Assembly: GCA_039715015.1 (NCBI GenBank) | Contig: JBDLIE010000050.1 | Span: 1 to 19,418, forward strand | From: Thermodesulfobacteriota bacterium | GTDB taxonomy: Bacteria > Desulfobacterota > Desulfobulbia > Desulfobulbales > SURF-16 | Direction: 5' to 3' | Length of the DNA: 19,418 bases | Part shown: one piece after another, positions 8,545 to 17,044 of the stretch | How the letters are laid out: each line of letters begins with the position of its first letter | Position numbering within the stretch: position 1 is the first letter of the stretch | Made by a program: the position numbers and the translations under genes | The notes under the pieces: generated by a model | Database searches by the model: none | The model's input: the letters and a program-made list of their open reading frames with translations, nothing else | What the model was told of the DNA's origin: nothing

Positions 8545-9819
8545 GTGCGAGAACAGGTAATGCTGTTGGTCATAGCCGTGCTGCTTCTTGTTGCCGGCTG
8601 CGCAGAGGAGCAGGGGGAGCAGCCAGGAGTGATGAAGCTCCAGGCATGGGTTCATGCCGGTCAACAGGCAGAGCGTTTGGTGCTTGAAGAACAGGTGGCC
8701 CGTTTTAATCGGCGTCAGCAAGGGGTTCAGCTTGAACTCACCTTGATTCCAGAACGTTCCTATAACGCCCAGATTCAGGCCGCCGCCCTGGCAGGCGATC
8801 TGCCGGACCTTCTAGAGTTTGACGGACCATACCTGGCCAACTACGTCTGGCAGGGGCATCTTCGCCCTCTGGATGATCTGCTGCCTTCGCAACTCAAAGA
8901 CGACCTGTTGCCATCAATTATTACTCAGGGTACCTATCGGGGCCGGCTTTTTGCTGTTGGCGTGTTTGATTCCGGGCTGGGGCTGTATGGCCGCCGTAGT
9001 CAGCTGCTGGCAACCGGCGCCCGCATCCCGGCCAGGCCTGACGAGGCGTGGGGCGCCGAGGAGTTCAGCAGGCTCCTCAAGGAGTTGGCCAAGGGCGATG
9101 CGGACGGTGCTGTCCTTGATCTTAAATTCAATTATCCTGGCGAGTGGTTTACCTACGCCTTTTCTCCCATTGTCCAGTCGGCCGGTGGAGATCTTCTTGA
9201 TCGGCGCCATTCGGGGAAGGCGGCCGGAGTCCTGGACAGCTCTGAAAGTGTGGGGGCCCTGACTCAGCTCCAGTCTTGGCTGGCTGCCGGCTATGTGGAT
9301 GGCAATGTTGATGATGCGGCTTTTGTCAGCGGCCGGGTGGCTTTGTCTTGGGCGGGCCATTGGGAGTATCGCCGCTATAAAGAGATGGTGGGGGATGATT
9401 TGGTTGCCCTGCCCCTGCCTGACTTCGGTTACGGTAGCCGTACTGGCCAGGGTTCATGGTGCTGGGGAATAACCGCAACCGGCGACAGGGCTAAGGCTGC
9501 CGGCACGTTTTTGCGTTTTCTGTTGAGGCCTGCGGAAGTGCTGGCCATGAGTGGTGCTAATGGTGCCGTGCCGGCCACCCACAGCGCCCTGGCCCAGTCA
9601 GAGCTCTACGGCCCCCGGGGTCCCTTGCATCTCTTTGCTGAGCAGCTCTCTGGGGGCATCAGTGTGACGCGTCCCCGCACTCCGGCTTATCCGGTGATTA
9701 CCTCTGCCTTTCAGCAGGCCTTTCATGATATCCGCCATGGCGCTGATGTCCGCACCACCCTGCAGAGGGCAGCGGCCATTATTGATGAGGATATTGCCGA
9801 TAATAAGGGGTATCCATGA
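8545..9819 (+). CDS. Carbohydrate ABC transporter (CUT1) substrate-binding lipoprotein, 424 aa
   Basis: GTG start with GAGGAGG RBS; lipobox LVAG-C; family-1 SBP motifs AGDLPDLLEFDGP, F.SG.VAL...GHW and RPRTPAYPVI. Confidence 0.92.
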   Translation: MREQVMLLVIAVLLLVAGCAEEQGEQPGVMKLQAWVHAGQQAERLVLEEQVARFNRRQQGVQLELTLIPERSYNAQIQAAALAGDLPDLLEFDGPYLANYVWQGHLRPLDDLLPSQLKDDLLPSIITQGTYRGRLFAVGVFDSGLGLYGRRSQLLATGARIPARPDEAWGAEEFSRLLKELAKGDADGAVLDLKFNYPGEWFTYAFSPIVQSAGGDLLDRRHSGKAAGVLDSSESVGALTQLQSWLAAGYVDGNVDDAAFVSGRVALSWAGHWEYRRYKEMVGDDLVALPLPDFGYGSRTGQGSWCWGITATGDRAKAAGTFLRFLLRPAEVLAMSGANGAVPATHSALAQSELYGPRGPLHLFAEQLSGGISVTRPRTPAYPVITSAFQQAFHDIRHGADVRTTLQRAAAIIDEDIADNKGYP

Positions 9820-10712
9820 CAGACGACCGGCATGGCAGGACTCTTATTGCCTGGTTTTTTATTGCCCCAGGCCTGCTGGGGTTGGCTCTTTTTGTCGCCT
9901 TGCCCTTTCTGCTGGCTGTGGGCCTTTCCTGCACCAACCTGCGCCTCGGCTCCCCTCTCCCCTTGGAGTTTGTCGGTTTCGAGCAGTTCCGGCGCATTTT
10001 CAGCGAGCCCACCCTGCTGCGGGCCCTGGCCAATAACGGTCTCTTTGCCCTGGTGGTGGTGCCACTCCAAACCCTGCTGGCTCTGGGGTTGGCCCTGCTC
10101 TTGAATCGTCGTCTGGCCGGGCTGATTTTCTTTAGGACTATTTTTTTTATGCCGGTGGTCTTCCCCCTCTCATTGGTGGCAGTGGTCTGGGTATTGATTT
10201 TTGCTCCGGGGATAAACGGTATGCTCAACAGCGCCTTGGATGTGGTGAGCCTCGGGGCTTGGCAGCCGCGGGACTTCCTCCATGATCCCTACCTGGCCCT
10301 GCCGGCAATCATGCTCACCTCCATCTGGCAGGGGATGGGCTTCCAGATGGTGATTATTCTGGCCGGGCTCCAAGCCATCAACCAGGAGCTCTACGAGGCC
10401 GCTGCCATGGACGGCGCGGGTAGATGGCGGCAATTTGTCAATATTACCCTGCCACAGCTTCGCAACACCTTGATCTTTGTGGTGTTGGTGACCACCGTTC
10501 TCGCCTTCCGCCTCTTTGACCAAGTGCAGATTATGACCCAGGGCGGGCCGCGCAACGCTACCACCACTGCTATGTACGAGGCAGTCCAGGCTGCCTTTGG
10601 CCGTCAGCAGGTGGGCAGGGGAGCTGCTATCACGGTGGTCCTTTTTTGCGTCGCCGTGGCTATCACCTGTCTGCAGCGCCGGATCATCCGTCAGGAGCGT
10701 CAGGTCTCATGA
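9816..10712 (+). CDS. Carbohydrate ABC transporter permease 1 (MalF/UgpA-like), 298 aa
   Basis: FVGFEQF, FRTIFFMP, EAA loop LAGLQAINQELYEAAAMDGA and ITLPQL; ATGA overlap with the SBP gene. Confidence 0.93.
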   Translation: MTDDRHGRTLIAWFFIAPGLLGLALFVALPFLLAVGLSCTNLRLGSPLPLEFVGFEQFRRIFSEPTLLRALANNGLFALVVVPLQTLLALGLALLLNRRLAGLIFFRTIFFMPVVFPLSLVAVVWVLIFAPGINGMLNSALDVVSLGAWQPRDFLHDPYLALPAIMLTSIWQGMGFQMVIILAGLQAINQELYEAAAMDGAGRWRQFVNITLPQLRNTLIFVVLVTTVLAFRLFDQVQIMTQGGPRNATTTAMYEAVQAAFGRQQVGRGAAITVVLFCVAVAITCLQRRIIRQERQVS

Positions 10713-11539
10713 CTTTTCGCGCTTGTCATACCCTCCTTTACCTGGTGCTTTGCCTATTGGCCCTGCTCTTTTTAAGTCCCATTTTGCTCATGGTCATGGG
10801 CAGTCTCAAGGCCGATGGCCGGGTGCTGGTAGAGGCCGGAAGCCTGAAGGCTTTCTGGCCTGGCCAGGTCAGCCTCAATAATTATGAAGATGTTTTTCGG
10901 CGCGTTGATTTTGGGCGTTACATGGTCAACTCTCTCTTTATCAACTGCTCCATTGTCATTAGCGGCCTGTTGGTCAATTCGCTGGCCGGCTACGCCTTTG
11001 CCCGTCTGCAGTGGCGCGGGCGTGATCTGCTTTTTGGTATGGTGCTGCTGGTAATGATTGTTCCCTTGGAGGCCATTGCCGTACCCCTCTTCTACCAGGT
11101 CACCCTCCTTGGTTGGCGCGATAGCTATCTCGTCCAAATTGTCCCTTTTATTGCCAACGCTTTTTCCATCTATCTCTTCCAGACTTTTTTCCTCGGCCTG
11201 CCCCGGGAGCTTGAGGAGGCGGCACGTATGGACGGCGCCGGAATTTTGCGTACTTTTTTCAGCATTATTGTTCCCAACGCCAAACCGGCCTTTGCCACAG
11301 CGGCTATCCTCACTTTTCTCAGCCAGTGGGGTGCTTTCCTTTGGCCCTTGATGGTCACCAGTGGTGAGGCGGTGCGGCCCCTGCCTCTGGCCATTGCCGC
11401 ATTCTACACCCTGCCGCCTCTGCAATGGGGGGATATTTTCGCTTTTGGGGTGATGATGGTCTCGCCCGTCCTGCTGGTCTTTCTCCTCTTTCAGAATTGG
11501 TTTGTCCGCGGTGTGGCCACAACCGGGATCAAAGGGTGA
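10709..11539 (+). CDS. Carbohydrate ABC transporter permease 2 (MalG/UgpE-like), 276 aa
   Basis: NSLAGYAFARL, LPRELEEAARMDGA and FLWPL motifs; ATG 10709 overlaps the previous stop (ATGA). Confidence 0.93.
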   Translation: MTFRACHTLLYLVLCLLALLFLSPILLMVMGSLKADGRVLVEAGSLKAFWPGQVSLNNYEDVFRRVDFGRYMVNSLFINCSIVISGLLVNSLAGYAFARLQWRGRDLLFGMVLLVMIVPLEAIAVPLFYQVTLLGWRDSYLVQIVPFIANAFSIYLFQTFFLGLPRELEEAARMDGAGILRTFFSIIVPNAKPAFATAAILTFLSQWGAFLWPLMVTSGEAVRPLPLAIAAFYTLPPLQWGDIFAFGVMMVSPVLLVFLLFQNWFVRGVATTGIKG

Positions 11540-11541
11540 GT

Positions 11542-12690
11542 ATGGCAACTCTTCTTTTCGAAAATATCAACAAGACCTTTAGCGATGGCACTGAAGCTAT
11601 CCATGATTTCAACCTGGAGGTCAGCGATGGCGAGCTTGTTGTTTTAGTGGGTCCTTCCGGCTGTGGGAAGTCAACCCTTTTGCGGCTGGTTGCCGGCTTG
11701 GAGAAGGTGAGCTCCGGGCATATTGCCATTAATGGTGAGCTTGTCAACGAGCAGCCACCCCAAGAGCGTAATATTGCCATGGTTTTTCAGAACTACGCCC
11801 TTTACCCCCATATGACAGTGCAGAACAATCTGAAATTCCCGCTTCGCATGATGGGCTTAAGCAAGGCAGATCAGACGAGAAGGATCGCCGAAGTCGCCCA
11901 GCTCCTCCATCTTGAGGAGCTGCTAGGGCGCCGGCCCAAGCAGCTCTCCGGCGGTCAGCGGCAGCGGGTGGCCATGGGGCGGGCTATCATCCGCCAGCCG
12001 CAGGCCTTTTTAATGGACGAACCCCTCTCAAATCTCGATGCCAAGTTGCGGGTTCAGATACGTACGGAGATTGCCGCCCTCCAGCAGCGCTTGCAAACAA
12101 CCACCCTCTATGTCACCCATGATCAGGTGGAGGCCATGACCTTAGGACACCGCGTTGCCGTCCTCAGCAACGGTCGTCTTCAGCAGGTGGCTAAGAGTCA
12201 GGATCTTTACAAGGCCCCTGCTAATATTTTTGTGGCGGGTTTCATAGGCAATCCAGGCATGAATATTTTCAAGACCCACCTGGCGGTCGGTGATGGTGAT
12301 CAGCTGGCTCTGGCTTGGGGTGATCGTTCTTTACCGTTGCCCGAGGCACGCGGCACGTATCGCAATCTTCTTAAGCAGGGAGAGCGAATCTGTTTCGCTG
12401 GGCTCAGACCAGAGGCCTTTTGCCCACCAGATAAGGCGGCAATCAAGGTAAGCGTTGAGGTGGCTGGCGTTGAGGCCCTGGGGCATGAACAGCTTGTCTA
12501 TTTCAAGAGCGAGGTGGAGGCCCTTGATAGTGATCGTTTTACTGCTGGGACCTCGCCGCCCCTTGCCGGCGGGATGGTGGCCCGCCTCTCCCATGAGCTG
12601 AAGGCACGGCCAGGGCAGAGAGTTGAGCTGGGTGTTGATCTGCAGGGGCTCTGTTTTTTCAACGACAGAGGGGGCGCTGCTGTTGGCTAG
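11542..12690 (+). CDS. Carbohydrate ABC transporter ATP-binding subunit (MalK/UgpC-like), 382 aa
   Basis: Walker A GPSGCGKST, VFQNYALYPHMTV, LSGGQRQRVAMGRA, DEPLSNLDAKLR and YVTHDQVEAM, with a C-terminal TOBE-like region. Confidence 0.95.
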   Translation: MATLLFENINKTFSDGTEAIHDFNLEVSDGELVVLVGPSGCGKSTLLRLVAGLEKVSSGHIAINGELVNEQPPQERNIAMVFQNYALYPHMTVQNNLKFPLRMMGLSKADQTRRIAEVAQLLHLEELLGRRPKQLSGGQRQRVAMGRAIIRQPQAFLMDEPLSNLDAKLRVQIRTEIAALQQRLQTTTLYVTHDQVEAMTLGHRVAVLSNGRLQQVAKSQDLYKAPANIFVAGFIGNPGMNIFKTHLAVGDGDQLALAWGDRSLPLPEARGTYRNLLKQGERICFAGLRPEAFCPPDKAAIKVSVEVAGVEALGHEQLVYFKSEVEALDSDRFTAGTSPPLAGGMVARLSHELKARPGQRVELGVDLQGLCFFNDRGGAAVG

Positions 12691-12743
12691 TGAGGGCCAT
12701 CTTTGATAACGATGAGCGCAATATCGGCAGGTTAGCTGGCCAT

Positions 12744-12782
12744 GCTTCTCCTTTCTTTCATGGAGCCAGCCGTGCTATACTT
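12744..12782 (+). promoter_or_regulatory. Putative putA promoter; degenerate copy 3 of the 39-bp motif
   Basis: GCTTCTCCTTTCTTT-CATGGAGCCA-GCCGTGCTATACTT aligns ungapped with 8233-8271 (11/15, 6/10 and 12/14 identities). Confidence 0.55.
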
Positions 12783-12871
12783 TTATGGGCAGAAGCTGGT
12801 TGGTCTTGGTGGCGACGCGCTAGGAGCCCTGTTTACTACCACGGATGGGCAATCATAAAGGGAAGAGAATT

Positions 12872-15844
12872 ATGACAGCAGAACAGAAACGGATCAACAA
12901 GCGGATTACAGAGCTTGGCGAGCAGTACTGGCAGCGGATGAAGGGCGAGATGCCCAGCCTTTTTAACAGTCATTACTGGCAGGGCCATCTTCTTGACTGG
13001 GTCATGGATGACGAGGCCTTTAAGGTCGATGCCTTCCGTTTTGTTGATGTGCTGCCCGCCCTCAACTCCACCTCAGCCATTGCCTCCCATGTCCAAGATT
13101 ACCTGTTACGCGATGATCGTAAGCTGCCAGTGGTTGTGCGCTCCGCGCTGGCCATGGCCAGCGGCGGCATTGCCGCGCCCTTGGCAACCCGCGCTATCCG
13201 CGCCAATGTTACGGAGATGGCCCGCCGCTTTATCTGTGAGAGTGACAGCAAAAAGGCAGTGGCCGCCTTTCAGAAGCTGGGTAAGGATAATCTCACCTTT
13301 ACTGCCGACATTCTTGGCGAGGCCAGCACCAGCGATGAGGAGGCGGACCGCTGCCTCCAGAACTATCTGAACCTTATTGCCCAGTTGGGTAAGGCCACTA
13401 AGAGGTGGCCCGATAATGATCAGCTCTATAACTCGCCTGCCGGGGCACTCCCTAAGGCCAACGTGTCGGTGAAGATCTCGGCCCTGGACCCCTATCTTGA
13501 CGCCATGGACCATCAGGGCTCGGTGGCGCGCCTCAAGGAGAGGTTGCTGCCACTCTTGCGGACCGCCCGGCGCCATAATGTCTTTATTAATTTTGATCTT
13601 GAGCAATGGGCCTGCCACGATATCACCTATGATCTCTTTGAGGCGGTGGCCCTTCATGCCGATCTCATCGACTGGCCCCATCTCGGCCTGGTCATCCAGG
13701 CCTATCTCAAGGCCTCGGGCAGTGATTGCAACCGCCTCCTGGAGTTGAGTGAAAAACGGGGCACTCCCTTTACGGTGCGCTTGGTTAAGGGGGCCTATTG
13801 GGATTATGAGGTGGTTCATGCCCGCCAGAACGGTTTTTTCTGCCCGGTCTACACCAATAAGGCCCGTACCGATCTAAGCTACGAGCATCTGACTGCCAAA
13901 CTCATTGAGAACCATGAGTTGATCACTCCGGCCTTTGCCAGCCATAACCTGCGTTCCCTGGTCCATGCCCTGGTTATGGCCGAGGAGCATGGTCTGCCGC
14001 GCAACGCCTTTGAACTGCAGATGCTCTACGGCATGGCCGAACCCCAGCGCCGGGTCTTAGCCGAGGACGGCTATCGTCTCCGTATCTATGCCCCCATTGG
14101 TGAGCTTTTGCCCGGCATGGCCTATCTGGTGCGGCGCCTTTTGGAAAACACCTCGAACGCCGGGTTCCTCCGCCAGAGTTACCACGAGGGTGTGGCCATC
14201 AATTCCATGCTGGCGGGCCCTGATCCCGGCCCGGAGATGGTTGAAGAGGAAAAGTTGGTGCGTGGTGATCTCCATACGCGCTTTAGCAATGTCAATCTCC
14301 TTGATTTCACCGATCCCAAGGTGCGCAGCAGGATGGCTGAGACAGTAGGCGCCATCCAAGAGAAACTGCCCTTAAGCGTGCCCTTTGTTGTGGGCGGCAA
14401 GATGACCAGCAAGGCCGTGAAGAACCATGTTTCCCCCAATGATCCCGCCTTGGTGGTGGCCGAGGTGAGTCAGGCCGCTAAGGGCCAGGCCAAAAAAGCA
14501 GTGGCAGCGGCCAAAGCGGCCTTCCCGGCTTGGCGGGACAGGCCAGTGGTGGAACGGGCCCAACTCCTTGCCACCTTGGCCGGTGTTCTGGAGAAGGATC
14601 GTTTTGAGCTGGCCGCCCTCCAGGTCCATGAGGTGGGCAAGCCGTGGCGTGAGGCTGATGCTGACGTGGCCGAGGCCATAGATTTTTGCCGCTATTACGC
14701 CCGCCGGTCCTTGAAGGAGTTACTACCCCAAAGGCAGGGGGGGATGGCTGGCGAGGAGAATGTTCTCTTTTATGAAGGGCGCGGCCCCTGTGTGGTCATT
14801 GCCCCCTGGAATTTCCCCCTGGCCATTCTCTGCGGCATGACCACTGCTGCCCTGGTTGCCGGCAATCCTGTGCTCATCAAACCAGCCGGAGCGGCCAGCG
14901 CCATTGCCTTTGAATTTTATCAACGTCTGCTTAAGGTCGGCTTTGGGCCCGAGGTGGTCCAGTTTCTGCCCGGCTCCGGTGCTGAGATAGGCAACTTCCT
15001 GGTTGGGCATCCAGATATCTCCCAGATTGCCTTCACCGGTTCTAAAGAGGTGGGCCTGGGGATCATTGAAAAGGCGGCCAAAACGGTGGCCGGCCAGCCG
15101 GAGGTGAAGCGGGTGGTCTGCGAGATGGGGGGCAAGAACGCCATAATTGTTGACGAGGATGCCGATATCGATGCTGCCATCAAGGGCGTTATGCAGTCGG
15201 CCTTTGGCTATGCCGGCCAGAAATGTTCTGCCTGTTCCCGCCTTATTTTGGTGGCTGATGCCTACCAGACCTTTATGCCGCGTCTCCTGGCTGCCTGTGC
15301 CAGCCTGCCCATGGCCTCAGCCCTTGATCCGGCCTGTCGCCTGGGGCCGGTGATTGATCAGGTGGCCCATGAACGGCTGGCCAAGGTGATTGCTAAACCG
15401 CCCAAGGGTGCCAAGCTGCACTTCTTGGGGGAGAACATGTCGCCGGGCTTCTTTATTCCGCCCGCCATCTTTGAGGTGAAAAAGGCTGATAATATAATGA
15501 TGCAACAGGAGTTTTTTGGGCCCATCATCACGGTGATGAGAGTCCCTGATTTTAGGAGAGCCCTGGAGGCGGCCAACAGCACCGAGTTTGCCCTTACTGG
15601 TGGTGTCTACTCCCGGAGCCCGCGCAACATGGAGGCGGCCCGCAGAAATTTTAAGGTGGGTAACCTCTACATCAACAGGGGCTGCACCGGCGCCTTGGTT
15701 CAGCGCCAGCCCTTTGGCGGCTTTGGCATGAGCGGCATAGGCACCAAGGCCGGTGGCCCAGGATACCTCCGCCATTTTTCCAACCCGCGCTGTGTCACAG
15801 AAAACACCATGCGCAGTGGCTTTACCCCGGACCTGCAGATGTAA
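12872..15844 (+). CDS. putA: Bifunctional proline dehydrogenase / P5C (GSA) dehydrogenase PutA, short type without a ribbon-helix-helix domain, 990 aa
   Basis: PRODH motifs VSVKIS, VRLVKGAYWD, ASHN, QMLYGMA and YLVRRLLEN; ALDH motifs PWNFP, FTGS, EMGGKN, GQKCSAC, EFFGP and QPFGG. The start at 12872 matches the ATG of the duplicated copy. Confidence 0.97.
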   Translation: MTAEQKRINKRITELGEQYWQRMKGEMPSLFNSHYWQGHLLDWVMDDEAFKVDAFRFVDVLPALNSTSAIASHVQDYLLRDDRKLPVVVRSALAMASGGIAAPLATRAIRANVTEMARRFICESDSKKAVAAFQKLGKDNLTFTADILGEASTSDEEADRCLQNYLNLIAQLGKATKRWPDNDQLYNSPAGALPKANVSVKISALDPYLDAMDHQGSVARLKERLLPLLRTARRHNVFINFDLEQWACHDITYDLFEAVALHADLIDWPHLGLVIQAYLKASGSDCNRLLELSEKRGTPFTVRLVKGAYWDYEVVHARQNGFFCPVYTNKARTDLSYEHLTAKLIENHELITPAFASHNLRSLVHALVMAEEHGLPRNAFELQMLYGMAEPQRRVLAEDGYRLRIYAPIGELLPGMAYLVRRLLENTSNAGFLRQSYHEGVAINSMLAGPDPGPEMVEEEKLVRGDLHTRFSNVNLLDFTDPKVRSRMAETVGAIQEKLPLSVPFVVGGKMTSKAVKNHVSPNDPALVVAEVSQAAKGQAKKAVAAAKAAFPAWRDRPVVERAQLLATLAGVLEKDRFELAALQVHEVGKPWREADADVAEAIDFCRYYARRSLKELLPQRQGGMAGEENVLFYEGRGPCVVIAPWNFPLAILCGMTTAALVAGNPVLIKPAGAASAIAFEFYQRLLKVGFGPEVVQFLPGSGAEIGNFLVGHPDISQIAFTGSKEVGLGIIEKAAKTVAGQPEVKRVVCEMGGKNAIIVDEDADIDAAIKGVMQSAFGYAGQKCSACSRLILVADAYQTFMPRLLAACASLPMASALDPACRLGPVIDQVAHERLAKVIAKPPKGAKLHFLGENMSPGFFIPPAIFEVKKADNIMMQQEFFGPIITVMRVPDFRRALEAANSTEFALTGGVYSRSPRNMEAARRNFKVGNLYINRGCTGALVQRQPFGGFGMSGIGTKAGGPGYLRHFSNPRCVTENTMRSGFTPDLQM

Positions 15845-15850
15845 AAAATA

Positions 15851-15919
15851 GCCACGGAACCCACGTAATACGCTGAAAGAAATTCTACTTTTTCCGTGTT
15901 CTTCCGTGGGTTCCGTGGC
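15851..15919. repeat. Intergenic inverted repeat built from CACGGAA-like units
   Basis: Perfect 15-bp arms GCCACGGAACCCACG (15851-15865) and CGTGGGTTCCGTGGC (15905-15919); three TTCCGTG units on the right and degenerate counterparts on the left. Confidence 0.85.
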
Positions 15920-15939
15920 AGCAACAAGAGTGAGTTTTC

Positions 15940-17034
15940 ATGTCCTTTCTGCTTCCTGACTATCATCCCCCTGATTTTGCCAGTGCCCCCCTGCGTGAGG
16001 CACCGCCTGCCACTCTGCTGCCGGTGGTGAGGGAGGGTGTGGCTCCGGAGAATTTTCATGCCACATCCAACCACCCTGAATATGTCAAGCTGGCGGATGG
16101 CCGCTGGCTGCTGGCTGCAGAGTCGCGGATGGATGGGGTGCTGGCGGTTGCTGGTGACGTGCTGGTGGTCAAGGAACCCCGGACCCTCCGGCAAGGGGAG
16201 AGGGTGGTGGTGGGCCGCAGCGAAAATGGCGAGGAGGGTATCTTTGTCCATATTGATGGCTTCCAACAGGAGACTGCTGGCCAGCCGGATAAATTTGCCT
16301 TCCGAACCCGGGGAACCAGGGAAACCCCTTTTTCCCGCTCTTATGATGAACTTTATGAGCTTCTGCGCCATGAACGCGCTCATGGCCATATCGCCTGGGT
16401 ACTAGGGCCAGCGGCGGCTTTTGATCGCGACTGCCGAGACGCCATGCAGGGCCTCATCGAGGCAGGTTTTTGCCATTCACTGCTGGCCGGGAATGCCTTG
16501 GCCACCCATGACCTGGAGGCAGCACTGTACGGTACTGGTCTGGGGCAGGACATCTATAATCAGCAGCTCCATGTCCATGGCCATTACAATCATCTTGATG
16601 TCCTCAATAAGGTGCGATGGTCTGGCTCCATTCCTACTGCCCTTGAGGAGCTGGGTATCTCTGACGGCATTATCCACGCCTGTGAGAAAGAAAAAGTCCC
16701 CTATGTTATGGCGGGTTCCATCCGGGATGACGGCCCTCTGCCTGGGGTGATCGCCCATGCCTACCAGGCCCAAGACGCCATGCGGACCCATGCTCGGCAG
16801 GCCACCACGGTAATTACCATTGCCACCCAGCTTCACTCCATAGCCTTTGGCAATATGACCCCCAGTTATAAGGTGATGGCCGATGGCCGGGTGCGGCCAG
16901 TCTATTTTTATATTGTTGACATGACGGAATTTTCGGCAGACAAGCTGGCCAACCGCGGATCAGCCCAGGCCCAGGCCATCCTCACCAATGGTCAGGATTT
17001 CATTGTTAATCTCTGGAATAATCTTTCCCCTTAA
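15940..17034 (+). CDS. TIGR00300 / LOR-SDH-associated family protein, probable NAD-dependent ornithine cyclodeaminase (related to the AgrE/ArgZ C-terminal part), 364 aa
   Basis: Motifs GVAPENFHATSNHP, RMDG, LLAGNALATHDLEAALYGTGLG, GHYNHL, AGSIRDDGPLP, LHSIAFGNMTP and KLANRGS; located between putA and arginase. Confidence 0.8.
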   Translation: MSFLLPDYHPPDFASAPLREAPPATLLPVVREGVAPENFHATSNHPEYVKLADGRWLLAAESRMDGVLAVAGDVLVVKEPRTLRQGERVVVGRSENGEEGIFVHIDGFQQETAGQPDKFAFRTRGTRETPFSRSYDELYELLRHERAHGHIAWVLGPAAAFDRDCRDAMQGLIEAGFCHSLLAGNALATHDLEAALYGTGLGQDIYNQQLHVHGHYNHLDVLNKVRWSGSIPTALEELGISDGIIHACEKEKVPYVMAGSIRDDGPLPGVIAHAYQAQDAMRTHARQATTVITIATQLHSIAFGNMTPSYKVMADGRVRPVYFYIVDMTEFSADKLANRGSAQAQAILTNGQDFIVNLWNNLSP

Positions 17035-17044
17035 AGGAGAAGGC

